Assembly (NCBI RefSeq): GCF_963921235.1
Contig: NC_086097.1
Span: forward strand, 102,426,001-102,490,000
Length of the DNA stretch: 64,000 nucleotides
Direction of reading: 5' to 3'
Source: Mobula hypostoma
Lineage: Eukaryota
The translations under genes were made by a program, and so were the position numbers. Shown piece after piece: positions 23,491-37,741 of the stretch. A model generated the notes under the pieces. That model was not told the origin of the DNA. It did not search any database and saw only the letters and a program-made list of their open reading frames with translations. Each line of letters opens with the position of its first letter. The stretch's first letter is position 1.

Positions 23491-25162
23491 ACAAAAGTAA
23501 TTCAACCAATTATCTGAGGAAAAAGGAATCATTTCTTTTCAGTTATTTTCCACAAAATGTGGACATTGCTTGAAGGACCGATACTGCTTGTTCCTAGCCA
23601 TCTTCCTAAAATTCTACAGAATGTTCCACAGACCTATTAGGAAGGAAGTTTCAGGATTTGACTGAGAAGAAATAGTTGTATTGACTGAGGTCAAGACTAT
23701 ATGTGACTTGGAAGGGAACTTGGAAGTGATGTTCCTTCCTTCTTCTAAGTTGTAGAAGTTGTGCTATAATCCAAATAAAATTGGATTAAAGTTACATAGA
23801 CAGATGGTAGAATCTCGTACTTTCTCCTTATAATACAGTAGGCTGGGAAGAAATTTGATACAAATAGTTTAAAAAGCTTTAAGGTAAATAGAGGGAAACT
23901 GTTTTTAACAGATGAAGGTCAGATAACACAGAACATTACCGCATAGTACAGGCCCTTTGGTCCACATGTTGTGATGACTTTTTAACCTACTCAAAGATCA
24001 ATCTAATCTTTCCCTCCTACATAGAAAAATGGGGAGCTATCATCCATGTGTCTATCTGCCTCTACTACTACCCATCAGGGAGTTCCATGCATCCACTCTG
24101 AGTAAAAAAGCCTAACTCTGACATCTGCCCATACTTTCTTCCAAACATCTTAAAGATAAGCCCCCTCATATTAGCCATTTCATCAAAAGGACTCTGGTTG
24201 TCCATGATCTATGCTTCTAATCATATTGTACACCTCTATCTTCAAAAGTCATGCCCTCTAGTCCAGACAGCACCCCAGCAAATCTCCTCTGCTCCCTGTC
24301 TAAAGCTTCCACATCCTTCTTGCAATAAGGCAACCAGAACTAAACACAATATTCCAAATGTGGTCTAATCAGGGTTTTATAGAGCTGGAACATAACCTTG
24401 CAGCTTTTGAACTCAGTCTCTCAATTAATGAAGACCAACACACTATATGCCTTCGTAACAACCCTATCAACTTATGCGGTAACTTTGACGGATCTATGGA
24501 CATGGATACCAAGATCCCCCTGTTCCTCTATACTTCCAAGAATCCTGTCATTAACCCTGTATTCTGCCTTCTAATTCAACCTGCCAAAATGAATCATTTC
24601 ACACTTTTCTGGGTTGAACTCTATCTGCCACTTCTCAACCCAGCTCTGCATCCTTTCAATGTTCTGCTGCATCCTACAACAACCCTCCACACTTTGCACA
24701 ACTCCACCAACTTCCATGTCATCTGCAAACTTACTAACCCACCTTTCCATTTCCTCAGTCATTTATGTATATAAAAAAAATCACAAAGAGCAGGGGTCCA
24801 GAACAGATCCCCTGGAACACACTGGTCACCGACCTCCAAGCAGAATAAACTCCATCTACAGCCACTCTCTGCCTTCTGTGAGCAGACAAAGCCCGCTCTA
24901 CAGTGTATCCACACAGCCAAGTTTCCCTGGATCTCATACTTCTTAACTTTCTGAATGAGCTGACCACGGGGAACCTTAACACACACCTTACCAAAATCTA
25001 TATACACCAAATCCACTGCTCTACCTTACTTAACGTGCTTTGTCACATTCTCAAAAAATTCAATCAGGGACATTAAAGCATAACCTGCCCCTCACGAAGC
25101 CATCCTGACTATCCATTATCAGACCATGCTTCTCCAAATGCTCATAAATCCTGTCTCTGGAA

Positions 25163-25237
25163 TAGAGGTTCCCAACCTGGGGTCCATAGACCCCTCAGTT
25201 AATGCAAGGGGTCCCAAAAAAAAGTTGGGAACCCCTT
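25163..25237. mobile_element. 75-bp hAT-type MITE
   Basis: TIRs AGAGGTTCCCAAC / GTTGGGAACCCCT; 8-bp TSD CTCTGGAA / CTCTAGAA. Confidence 0.75.
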
Positions 25238-25642
25238 CTCTAGAATCTTGCAATAATTTGCCCACCAATGAAGTAAGACTGACTGGCCTAATTCCCAGGA
25301 TTATCCCTACATCCTTTTTTTTAAAACAAAGGAATAACATTTGCCACTATCGCCAAAGGTGCAGCAATTTCTTCCCTTGCTTCCATTAGTAACCTGGGGC
25401 AAACCCCGTCTGGACCCAGGGACTTATCTATCCTAATGCACATCTTCTTTCTTAACATTGTCATGTTTCAGCATATCAGACTGCTTTACGCTGTCCTTGC
25501 AGACGTCAAGTTCCCCCTCACTGATGAATACTGAAGCAAAGTATTCATTAAATACCTCCACCTACCTCCTCTGACTCTAGCAACATGCTTCTTCTCCTAT
25601 CAGTCCTACCCTTACTCTGGTCATCCTTCCTTTTTTCACATA

Positions 25643-27173
25643 CAGTGGTGCTAGAAAGTTTGTGAACCCCGTAAAATTTTCTCTATTTCTGCACAAATAT
25701 GACCTAAAATGTCATCACATCTTCACACAAGTTCTAAAACGAGATAAAGAAAACCCAACTAAATAAATAACACAAAAAACATTTGTTGAGAAAATTGATC
25801 CAATATTACATGCATTTGCTGGAAAATTTATGTGAACCTTTGCTTTCAGAACCCGGGGTGACCCCCCCCCCCAGCCCGTACATCAATAACTTCAACCAAA
25901 TGTTTCCAGTAACTGTTGATCAGTCCTGCATGTCAGCTTGGAGGAATTTTCGGCCATTCCTTCTTACAAAACTGCTTCAACTCTGGATGTTGGTGGGCTT
26001 CCTTACATGACCTGTTGGGTTCAGGTCCTCCCACAACATTTCTATGGGATTAAGGTCAGGACTTTGACTCAGTCATTCCAAAACACAAACTTTCTTCTTA
26101 AACCATTCTGTTGTTGATTTACTCATCTTTCAGATCATTGTCTTGTTGCATTATCCAACTTCTATTAAACTTCGGGTGACGGACCACTACCCTGACATTC
26201 TCCTGGAAAATGTCTTGAATTTTGAATTCGTTGTGCCCGCAATGATTGCAAGCTGTCCAGGCCCTGAGGCAGCAAAGCAGCACCAAAACATGATGCTCCT
26301 TCCACCATGCTTCACAGATGGGATGAGGTGTTGACGTTGATGTGCAGTGCCCTTTTTCCTCCAAACATAGTGGTGTGTATTTCTGCCAAAAAGTTCAAAT
26401 TTTGTCTCTTCTGTCCACAGAACCTTGTCCCAGAAGCATCATGGAACATCCAGGTTGTCCCCTGCAAACTTGAGATGTGCAGCAATGTTTTTTTTGGAGA
26501 ACAGTGGTTTCCTCTATAGCGTCCTTCCATGAACACCATTCTTGTTCAGTGTTTTTCTTATAGTGGACCCATGAACAGAGAACCCAGCAAGTTCTAGAGA
26601 TTTCTGCAGATCTTTTGCGGTTAACCTTGGGTTCTTTTTCACCTCCTTCAGCATTGCACGTTGTGCTCTTGGTGTGATCTTTACAGAATGCCCACTCATA
26701 AAGAGAGTAGCAACAGTACTGAATTTCCTCCTTTTGTAGACAATTTCTCTTACTGTGGACTGATGGACACTCAGGTCTTTAGAAATGCTCTAGTAGCCTT
26801 TTCCAGCTTCATGTACCTCTACAATTCTTTCTTCTTCTAAGGTTCTCTGAAAGTTGTTTTGATTGAGGTATGGTGCACATAAACAGATCTTTCTTGAGAA
26901 GAGCAGGCTCTGTCAGTAACCTGACTTTGGGTGTCTTTTTTATAGGACAGGGCACCATTGATTGGAACACCTGACTCCAAATAGCTTTTGGAGAAGGCAT
27001 TACCCTAGAGGTTCACATACTGTTTCCCAACAGAAGATTTTGGTGTTATTTATTTAATTTGGTTCTCTTTATCTAGTTTTAGGACTTATGTTAAGATCTG
27101 ATCACACTTTAGGCCATACTTATGTAGAAATAGAGAAAATTCTACCGAGTTCACAAACTTTACAGCACCACTG
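25643..27173 (-). mobile_element. Full-length but decayed Tc1 DNA transposon
   Basis: TA|CAGTGGTGCTAGAAAGTTTGTGAAC ... GTTCACAAACTTTACAGCACCACTG|TA; long TIRs; transposase pieces KKNPRLTAKDLQ...STIRKTL and WIMQQDND. Confidence 0.92.
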
Positions 27174-28214
27174 TACGAGTAGAATGCCTTGGGCTTTTCC
27201 TTAATCTTACTCATCAAGGCCTTCTATTGCACTTCTAGCTCTCCTGAGTCTATTCTTCAGCTCCTTCCTGGCCACCTTGTAACTCTCTGGAGCCCTGACT
27301 GATCCTTGCTTCCTAAACCTTACGCAAGCTTTTTTCTTCCTCTTGACAAATGTTCTACATCTCGTCACACATAGTTCCCTCACCCAACCATCCTCTCCCT
27401 ACCTTGAATGGACAAACTTATCGAGAACCCCCAGCAAGTACTCCCTAAACAAACTCCACATTTTTGTACAAATGGCATATGTTGATATCTTTCAAAAAAA
27501 CACGCAAGAGAAACATACACAATGAAGAATTTGAATGTTCTGACTGAGAGTGAAATAGATGCAGCTTCAGTATTTTCTCAGAGGGATGAAGAACAAAACT
27601 GCAATATTATGGCTAAGAACTGATGAATGGCATTGCTCTCTAAGAGCACCATTATAAACACAAGTGCTAACCTCTGAAACACATATTTCTAACACTTGTC
27701 AGGCAAGTCTTATTTCACTAAGTTATGCAAGAATTTCCAGTGTATTTAATACTTCCCCACAACACTATGCAATCCCCAACCCTGCAGCCTGGCTCAATTC
27801 ACATGCCCCCTCCTTCTGGTTGCCTAAAATACTCCAGCAGTCTCTATTACTGCCCCACCCTTTCGTTTGTACGTCATGAAAAGCCACTTTGAGAGACAGG
27901 TGTTTTCCCATGAAGTATGAAATTTAAACACAGTAACTTCTTTGTTCCCAGACTTGTGCACCCATGTGAGTCGCTGGAATCAGAATAGATAGCTAAATGC
28001 AAACCTATTACTGGTTTTAGCTAGAGGTGATACTTGGTACAAGGAAAACAAAGAGAGAAAACATCTGAGGTGAGACTCAGTTGTTAATTTTCCAAGAAAG
28101 GAGAGCTGAATGTATTTTTTCCACCAATATTAATCATAATTCACAGCCCAAGAATGAATAAACAACACATCATTCATTAAATACCAAATTTTAGATAGTT
28201 TTTAAGCACAATAC

Positions 28215-28260
28215 CTGTAGTAGTTATTGACACTCTCAAGTGACGGAATATTGAAAGCAT
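28215..28260 (-). CDS. TMEM62: TMEM62 coding exon 4 (46 nt, absent from the ORF track)
   Basis: ccacag|AT...CAG|gtatt; (D)AFNIPSLESVNNYYR completes GNHD; phases match both neighbours. Confidence 0.93.
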
Positions 28261-29089
28261 CTGTGGTAAGAAAGAGGAAGACTGCATCATGGTAGGCATT
28301 TATATTGCACTTTTAATATAATAAAACATCCATAGGTTCTTAGGGATTAATAAGACAAAACGTAAATGCAAAAAAAATCTAGAGCAAAATTTGATTGAAG
28401 TGGTATATTCTAATGAGCGTCTTAAATGAGGTGATACTGATGGAGGAAGAGGGACTTGTAGACATGACTGCCAAATGGAGTGGGGTTGTACTCAAAAGGA
28501 ACAGTAACTGACAAATACAGAGATTTTGAGAGACAAGGTATGAAGTTGTAGGGCTGAAACAGGTTAGAGAGAATGAAGTGTGATGCAATTTAATTTGAAA
28601 ATAAAGCATTTTAAAATTCCAACTCTCCCAAATCCTGATGTTCAAATTCCCAACCACATCCTGAAAGCAGCTTACAATGTTCCATTTCTGATTAATACCA
28701 TCCTTATTTGACTCACAACATTCTTTGCAGAAAGAAAATATACAGCCAGAATTCACAGCCAGCTTTAATTGCTTCCCATAATTTCTAAACAAAGCCCTGA
28801 TTTGCATCCAGTGATTCAGACAGCAGGGTCACAAGGAGAGCTCATGTCTAGAGGGTGGTGGGCATCACCATAATATTGGGAGAAACATCAACATCAACTA
28901 GGACAGCCCCACGGTTCAGTGGAGAATATTGCTGCTGTGAACTCGTAAGCTTCTAATATTAAGGTTTGCAGTATACCAATTAGAATCATATAGCACAGAA
29001 TCAAGCTCTTCAGTTCACTAAATCTGTCCAATAAACCAGCCCGGAAAAGTTAAGGTTTCAAGTTAAGCCCATCTTTCATCCACACTCAG

Positions 29090-29345
29090 TGGCAACTTAC
29101 CTATACCGATCCTATGCTAGTCCTATATCCCAGCAACTTCCCACTCTCAGACACACCAGGAGTAATTTACAGCGGCCGATTAACCTGCCAAATTGCATGC
29201 CTTTGGGATGTAGAAGGAAACCAGAGCACCCGGGGAAACCCAAACAGCCATAGATAGAACATGCAAACCGTATGCAGAGAGCAGAGGTTAGGACTGAACC
29301 CTGGTTATTAGTGCTGTGAGATAGCAGCTGTAATAATTGCACTAG
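29090..29345 (-). mobile_element. tRNA-derived V-type SINE (old)
   Basis: Minus strand reads GGGTTTCCCCGGGTGCTCTGGTTTCCTTCTACATCCCAAAG, a V-domain-like core; related remnants at 30110-30430, 30590-30910 and 31480-31760. Confidence 0.6.
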
Positions 29346-29611
29346 TGTGCTGTTTGCCTCTTGCATTCTATCTTCCTTCATTTACGAAGTGTTAACACTT
29401 TAATAAGCAAGGAAAATTGAATCAGCCATGATGAAATGGCAGTGCAGTCTCAATGGGCCAAATGGCCTAATTCTGCCCCTTAATGTTATGGTCTAGGTAC
29501 TTGTAAAACTCTAGGGTTCCAGAGAGTTTAAGGACACCTGTTACTCTTCTTTTGAAGCACTATGATTGAATTGCCACCTAATTGGTAGGTGATGACAGAA
29601 GACTGCCATAC

Positions 29612-29749
29612 CATGGTTTCCTTTGATATCAATCCACTTGGTCTTTTCCAAAACTCTGGATTTCTTCAAAATAGTCTGATAGGTTTGCCACTCAATCTCA
29701 TATTGACGAGATCCTATCCTGTTCCTTTCTTTGGCATCTGTCAGATCTC
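29612..29749 (-). CDS. TMEM62: TMEM62 coding exon 3
   Basis: ttttcacag|GA...CATG|gtatg; 138 nt; (G)DLTDAKERNRIGSRQYEIEWQTYQTILKKSRVLEKTKWIDIKGNH with GD and GNH motifs; phase continuous with exon 2. Confidence 0.95.
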
Positions 29750-30109
29750 CTGTGAAAAGCAAATACAATAAGAAAGAGAAATCAAGGCTTTCAGAACAGA
29801 CTCGAACACAGCTTGGAAAAAGACTCTGTTCTCACCACCAATCCTGACCTCCCCCATCAGTATCAACCGTCCTTAGGGATTTGCGTTTTGCCAGTTTTCC
29901 TTGCTTTTGTGTATTTTTCCCTACCCTATTTTTCGAATGTGCTGAGATACTTAACATTTTCTGACCTCACATATGCTTTACAACTAATATTCCGGGGCTG
30001 AGGAAATGCACAAAAGGACCAAAGTACAGCAATTTGTATTTTCCAATCAGCAGTCTCCTGGGTCATGCTTCAGTTATACAGAGCATTGTTGAGACGACAT
30101 CTAGAACAT

Positions 30110-30430
30110 AAAGATAAAGATTAGCTTTATTTGTAACAGGTATATTGAAACACGCAGTGAAATGTGTTGTTTGGGTAAAATCAAATCAGCGAGGATTGTT
30201 CTGGGAACAGCTTGCAAGTGTCGCTGTACTTCCAGTGCCAACACAGCATGCCCACAACTCACTAACCCCAATGTTTTTGGAACATGGGAGGAAACCGAAG
30301 CACCTGGAGAAAACCCCTGCGGTCACAAAAGAATGTACAAATTCCTCACCGATAGTGGCGTTAATCAAATCCCAGTCATCACTGGCACTGTAAAGTGATT
30401 GTGCTAACCATTACACTACAGTGCCGCCTG
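30110..30430 (-). mobile_element. tRNA-derived V-type SINE with LINE-like tail
   Basis: 5' GGCGGCACTGTAGTGTAATGGTTAGC head, V-core GGTGCTTCGGTTTCCTCCCA, 3' AATAAAGCTAATCTTTATCTTT. Confidence 0.65.
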
Positions 30431-33400
30431 TGCTCAGTACTCCTCTTGCTTATTTAAAGATTATGTTAATGCAACGGAAACAGCGAAGATAAAGTTTACT
30501 AGTTATTACCAGGAATGGGTGTGTTGTTTTATAAGGGGGACAAGCTAAGTGAGTAAGACAGAAGTTTGGAAGGCATGATTGAAATGTAAAAGGATGGTCA
30601 GTGACAAAGCTACTACACCTGCTGCTTTACAATTTAATCCTCACCTCTGGCTGAGATTTTACACTTTTTTCTGGTGAACTTATGGGTTTCATCCAGCTGC
30701 TATCACTTTATCCCACATCCCAAATACGTGCAGGAAGAAAGATTCTTCGGCTGCTGTAAATCACCCCCATCAAGTGGGTGAGTGGTTGAAAGGTGGTGGG
30801 GAAGGAATTGCCAGGAATGTAAAGAATAAAATAGGAATGGTGTAAATGGGTGCTGCATGGTCAGTGCAGACTCAGTGGGCTAAAAAGGTGGTTGTCATGT
30901 TTGATATCTTGACAATGGATTTGGAGATGTTTTCTCTTGTGTATGAATCTAGAACTTGGGGGTTCACGTGATAAAAACAAAGATTCAACCATTGAAGGCA
31001 AGGTGAATGCAACATTTTAACTGTTTTAAGGCATAGGTAGATAGACGTTCAATAAGCAAGAGCTGAAATGTAGCCATGGCTTACTAGTGATACTTCCACT
31101 TCTACGTCCAGTAATTGTAGATTCAAGTTGACACAGAAGAGACAAAGCTGAGCAACTCCCTCAGAACCACACCAAAGAATGCTGCATTGTTAGAGGTGCC
31201 ATGTGCTAGCAGATATTAAACATTCTCAAGCTTACATAGGTATCAGGGTACATTCTCTGTATCATTTGACAGTGTCCTTCTGAAGTGTATTCACCTACAA
31301 AGTTACTTACAGATATTGCATTTAACCCCCAACCACACCCAGCCAAACCATCGCTAAATTCATCCCCTTCAACCTCCACAAAGACATCCACTACCAGGGC
31401 ACAACTTCAACTTGGAACCTCCAAGAAGTTAAAGTCTAGAGTGACTCCCCCTTCCCAACCAGCCCAGGCCGCTCCTGCAGTTGGGTTAAATTCTGAGCTC
31501 TGGTGCTCATTGTGATTGGTTTGCACGTTCTCCTTATGACCACATGGGTTCCCCCCCCCCCCCAGATGCTCTATTTCCCCCCCACATCCAAAGGTGCAGG
31601 TTACCTAATGATTGTAAATTGCTTCTAGTCTAGGTAGGTGGCAGGAGAACTAAGAGAGTTCATGGACATAAGAGAGAAAAGGCTCAAGGGAAATAAGCAG
31701 GGAAATGGGAATACAGGAAAGACAGAACAGCAACAACTTAATGGGCCAAATGGCCTCCAATGCAAGAAAATGAAAAGAAAGAGGGTTTCTCTGCCCCCCC
31801 CCCTTCTGTGAAATATATTCTTCAAATCTGTGATCAAGCTTCTGGTAACTTTCCCTACAGTCTCTATGTAGTTTACTGTCAAACTTTATTCAACAATATT
31901 TTCAGACGTTACTACTTTACAGATTCTGTACAAAATACCAATTATTGTTACCTTGGTGAGCACTTAGGAATTATTTTGTAATGAAGAAGCATTGTCTCTC
32001 CCCTTCTCCACAGCAGTTCCCTTTACGTTTAACACGTCACAACATGTGGATTATCCTCAAAATATGATAATTATTACCAACAGTGACATCATTGACCTCA
32101 GTGGATCAGTGGATGATGCAACATTAAGGATGAGTGTGCTGTATCAAAATTATGTATCATTCTACTGCCATGATAGAGATGTATCCCTAATATAAAGTCT
32201 TTTCGACTATATTATATTTACTTAACAGTAATTATATTTCAATTATCTTTCTGGTATCAACTTAGCACTCAGATTAAGTGGCTGGCTTCCCTTCTCTATT
32301 TTTTCAAATGACTGTTGTTCCTATACAAAAAGGGTGCAAAGGTGACCAATTACCTATTGGTGTTACTTAACAGTGACTAGAACATGGTGCCAAGTAATGC
32401 TTTATATACAGTTTTGTTCCAGTAGAAACAAAAATCTATTTGTTAGATAGCTGAATAAATCTAATTGTTAGATCGCTGAGAGGTTCTAACCAATGAGGTG
32501 CTGCAAGCTTAGTGCAGAAAACTGAGCTGTTCATGATCTTGGTCAATGATTTAGTTTGGGATTAAGTGTTATATATCCATGTTTGCTGATGATATAGCAG
32601 AGGATGGCAGAGTAACCTGTGCAAAAGACCTGTGCAGAGTGGTTTTCACAGGATATAAACAAGCTACATGATTAGGCGAGGGTTTGGCAGATGGAATATA
32701 ATACAGAAAATGTAAGGCTAACCTGCAGTGCAAAACATAAAAATTCCAGTACTTGTTAAATAGTGAGAGATTTAAAAGCCAGAGTATTCATGGGACTACA
32801 GTGTCCAGTTACAGCATGAAAATTGTAGGTCAGCCATTACTGAAAAAATAACTTAATAAAATAATCCAAGACCAAAAACACCTTACTACAACTATATCAG
32901 GCCTGGTGAAAATGCACTTTGATTATTGTGCACTGATATGGTCTCCCAACTTGCAAAGGAGAGAGTACAATAATGGTTCACCAAATTGACTCCTGAGATG
33001 GTAGGTTGTACTGTTGAGTTTCAAAGATTAAGAGACGTTCTACTGAAACTTGAACCTCTCCCAGGGTTTGAAAGGACAGATGTAAACTTATTCTTTTGTA
33101 TTTTGAATGCCAAGAACCAGGAGTTAGCCTCTTAAGGGGGTCAGCTCTTTAGAACAGAGGAGAAACTTCTGAACCAAGAGGGTTCCAGAGATTCTACTGC
33201 TGAATGCATTTAAAACAGTGAACAACTTATTGATATATGAGGAAAATAAAGGAGTTAGTGCAAGAAATAGGCACAGAAGTAAAAGTTTAATGAGTAATGA
33301 GCAGAGGCCAAAGGGTCTATTGCTGCTTTCAGAAACAGCAGCATCTGGTTAATAATTAGAGAGACAACAATAGATCAGAATCCGCATGCCATATTCTCCA

Positions 33401-33837
33401 GGAACATAGAGCAAAATACTAAGCTTTGTCCTTCTAAAGACATTGAAAATCATTTTTACGTCACAGTCTGAATGCTATATACTTATCTCGAAATTGTATG
33501 TTTTAAATGATTAAGTAAACATAGTAAAAATAGGAAGCTATCAGCTGTAATAAATTGGTTCACAATCAAACACAGCACAGGACGAAAGGGCTGAAAAAAA
33601 TGTGGACATTACTAACTTTACTTATCTTAATGCATGAACCTAGAAGTGTTTTGAATAAGTTGCTCACTTTTATCTTTGCTGGTCACCTTCAATGCTGTAG
33701 AATAGCAGGGAAAATGGGTGATCTGTGTCTTCTTTAAATTACTGTTTTATTACTTCCTTCTAGCTTTGCTTTCTCTCTCCCAACCTCCTTTCCTCATTTT
33801 GCTTTTCTTTCTCTCTTCTCCCTTTCTGTTTTTTCAA

Positions 33838-35910
33838 GACCATTTGATATAGAAGCAGAATTTGGCTCCGCCATTTCATCGTAGCTGATCCGTATTTCCT
33901 CTCAGCCCCAATCTCCTGCCTCCCCCCCCCCCGTATCCCTTCATGCCCTGACCAATCAAGAATCTATCAACCTCTGCCTTGTGAGGTGAGGCCTCCACCA
34001 GTCAGGGTCAACCATGGATGTTGCATCCAAGCTGTTCAAGTGTCCACAAGCCTGGGCAGTATGATACGGAGAGCAAGCTGTTGCCCATGTAGCAAGCTCC
34101 CTCACTTCACACATCTGAACGGCAGAGACCGATACAGTTTTGTTCCAGCAGCGTTGCAGGAATTCCAGTCAGCATTGAACTCAATGCAGCACTACCTTAG
34201 GGATTCCAGCTCTGGATTTTTCCCTGGGGTTTACTCCCGAAGCCCATGAGTGGGTATAGCTGCAAGGCAGTGGAGGTTTGAGATCAGAGTTTTCCTTCTC
34301 CTCGATGAGCTGCCAACCATGGCTAACAAGCCCCATCTGCTCAAAGCAACTGGCTTTAAGGCGCCAGTAACCTGGCTTTGCCCCTCCTCCTGTCAGTAGA
34401 AACAGTTCTGCCAGGCTTTGTACCTAAGCCACACGTGAAGACCAGGAGGTGGACCTAGTTGTCAGAGGTTTCTTTGAGACGCACACCATTGGGAGCATTT
34501 AATAGGTAGTGGGAGCTTGTCGTCATTACCACCCCCAGCTATAACAACCATAGCAACCAACCTCTGCCTTAAATATACATTAAAAATTTGGCCTCCACAG
34601 CTGCCTGTGGCAAAGAATTCCACAGATTCACCACCTCTGGCTAAAGCAATTCCTCCTCATCTCCATTCTAAAAGGATGCCCCTCTATTCTGAGGCTATGT
34701 CCTCTGGGCTTAGACCCTCACACCATAGGAAACATCCTCTCCACATCCACTCTATCAAGACCTTTCACCGTTCAATCGGTTTCCATGAGGTCACCCCTCA
34801 TTCTTCTGAATTCCAGTGAATACAGGCCCAAAGGCATCAAATGCTCTTCATATGAAAAGCTATTCAATCATGGAAACATTTTAATGAACCTCCTTTGAAC
34901 CCTCTCCAATTTCAGCACATCCTTTCCAAGGGGCCCAAAACTGCTTGCAATACTCCAAGTGAGGCCTCACCAGTGCTTTATAAAGTCTCAATATTACACC
35001 CTCGCTTTTATATTCTAGTCTCTTGAAATGAATGCTAACATCACATTTGCCTTCCTCACCACAGACTCATCCTGCAAATTAATCTTTACGGAATCCTGCA
35101 CAAGAACTGCCAAGTCCCTTTGTACTCTAGTTTTTTGCATTTTCTCTCTATTTAGAAGATGGTCAACCCTTTCATTACTTCTACCAAAGTGCATAAACAT
35201 ACATTTCTTGACACTGTATTCCATCCGCCATTTCTTTGCTCGTTCCACTAATCTGCAAGTCCTTCTGTAGCCTCTCTACTTCCTCAAAACTACCTGCCCC
35301 TCCAACTATCTTTATATCATCTGCAAATTGCATCAAAGCCATCAATTCCATCATCCAACTCATTGACATATAATGTAAAAAGAATCAGTTTCAACACAGA
35401 CCCCTGTGGAATACCACTAGTCACCAACAGCTAGACGGAAAATGCTCCCTTTATTCCTGCTCTTTGACATTGCTTTATCCATGCTCGAATTGTTCCTGTA
35501 ATACCATGAGCTCATAGCTTGTTAAGCAGGCTCACGTGTGACACCTTGTCAAAGGTCTTCTGAAAATCCAAATACACAACCTCAATCGATTCTCCTTTGT
35601 CTATCCTAATTGTTATTTCTTCAAAGAATTCCAACAGATTTGTCAGGCAAAATTTTCCCTTGAGAAAATCATGCTGACTACAGCCTATTTTATCATGTGA
35701 CCCCAAGTACTCCAAAACCACATCTTTAACAATCGACTCCAACATCTTCCCAACCACTGAGGTCAGTCTAACTGACCTATAATTTCCTTTTCTTCCTGCC
35801 TCTCTCACTTCTTGGAGAGTGGAGTGACATTTGTAATTTTCCAGTCTTCTGGAACCTTTCCAGAATCTAGTGATTCTTGAAAAATCATTACTAATGCCTC
35901 CACGATTTGT
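33838..35910 (-). mobile_element. CR1 LINE fragment (RT to 3' end) interrupted at 33981-34557
   Basis: GNYRSVRLTSVVGKMLES, LTNLLEFFE, DFQKTFDKV, FADDIK. Confidence 0.88.
33981..34557 (-). mobile_element. Non-autonomous non-LTR element (RTE-like 5' UTR plus 3' tail) with 13-bp TSD
   Basis: CAACCTCTGCCTT at 33968-33980 and 34558-34570; motif GGAGAAGGAAAACTCTGATCTCAAACC; no ORF. Family assignment is tentative. Confidence 0.65.
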
Positions 35911-37629
35911 TACTGAGAAAACAAAGTTATGTTCATTAAAACTAAATGTTCATTAAAATATTTTACCTAATTCCTCTCAATTCACATAAACTGATGTAAA
36001 AGTGATTTCCCACAGAAGAGTAGATTTTTGGAAGAACAAGTTAATCTAGCTGCACTCTGCTGTTATTACTCAGGTTTGTGGTATATTGGTTTGAAATGGA
36101 CATAGCACACAAGTGGAATGCTAATGTACAGCAAAAATCAAAATGTGACTGCAAATCTCAGCAGATGCCTTTTTTACCCGAATAGTATGACTGATAGTCA
36201 GCATAGCACTTTCTCCTCACAAAGTTAACAAAAGGCACTTGATGTTGTACTTGCACATACCAACACAAGCCAGGATCTGTATGCTGCTTCCTTCACTGGC
36301 TGTCTCTAAACTGGAAAGAGTATAATTAACCATAGGACAATGGGAAACACCTTAGAAAGTTATGTTCATCACTCCAATGCTGATTCACAGGAAGGACTTT
36401 AGGATTTAAGCTAAAAATGACAGGTTTCTTAAATTTAAGCTGTGTTCCATTGAATTCATGTAATTGAGAATTTATCTTAAATATAAATCAATGTAACTGT
36501 ACAGACATAGAAAAGCTATTTCCTTCAATGAAGGAATTGGGGTGGTGGTGATGGTGGCGGGGGGAAGCAGAAAGGAGCATAGTGCTAGAGCTAAGCCACA
36601 CCAAAGTGAAATCAGAAAGCACTTATTGACACAAACACTAAACAGAAATCTGGAACTCTTCCCAAATACTGATGAATACTGGGCACCAATTAACATTTGA
36701 GAATGAGACTGTTGAATTTTTGTACGTTAAAAACATTTAGGCACATTGAGAAATGCAGGTAATTGGAGTTCAGATGTAGATCATCCACCATCTTTTGGGT
36801 TTGAGTTCAGTGATCTCATCATGGGGCTTATGCAATTTAAAAGGGGTGCTAATTAGTGTCATTTTTTCATTGAAACTTGATTCATCCAATTATTCACAAT
36901 GCTGGACTATTAGAAATGGGGTATTAGAAATGGGATTACAAGAAATCAGATGGAATTTTCAATCCAAAAATAGTATTAGCTTCTACAGGAGAACCTTAAT
37001 GCCAATGATGTAATGAAGTAGTAATTTCATGAATTTAAGCTTAAAGGGATAAAATAAGAGGATGAGCAAATTAGAGGTTAACAATCATGGTCTTCCAACT
37101 TCACTGTTCCAAAGTCAGCACCAACGTCACTTTGACAACCAGGTGGATTTACAATGCCTCTACACTCTGTGCATTCTTGCTGCAGTTCTGATGTTAATAT
37201 CGCACAGTTATAAATAATGAAACTTATCATTTAAACTTGCAATAGTGGTGCAATCCAAAAACCAATGTCAATGCATTCACACTATTCTATTAAATATTTA
37301 AATTAGGAAAAGGCCATTTCTGCCCTGGCTAGAAAAACTGTTGGTTTCCCACGTGGGGAAAGGGGATCTCCAAGATATTGATTCAAAAAACCACTCAATT
37401 CAGTGTTTGCCCTTCAATAATCTTCTTTTTCCCAAACATTACTGCCTTTCATGAAAAGGAAAAAAATACTGTCCACCTTTAAGAAACAAAATTGTCAAAA
37501 TAAGCAATATAAATGATAATTCAGCTTTATAACTAAGAATGCGTTCTGTTAATCACATTGGATGCTGCAGTTAAATATCTAATTAACTACAGATAGACCA
37601 ATAACCAAATTATTAGTATCATGACCTAC

Positions 37630-37741
37630 CTGTGACGAAAACGATTTCTGGCTTAATTACATCAATAGTCTCCGTGCAAAATTTCTGAAAGTCAGGGGCT
37701 CTTTGGGAATCGACAAACTTACTGATGTGGATGTCAGACAC
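37630..37741 (-). CDS. TMEM62: TMEM62 coding exon 2
   Basis: tctgctcag|...ACAG|gtagg; 112 nt; [38 protein letters not shown] with the metallophosphoesterase DxH motif. Confidence 0.95.

Larger units (their letters stand above)
23925..27470 (-). mobile_element. CR1 LINE fragment interrupted by a hAT MITE and a Tc1 element
   Basis: WVSKFADD, WQIEFNPEKCE, RPVSLTSLVGKLL; CR1 sequence resumes after the TA at 27174. Confidence 0.85.
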
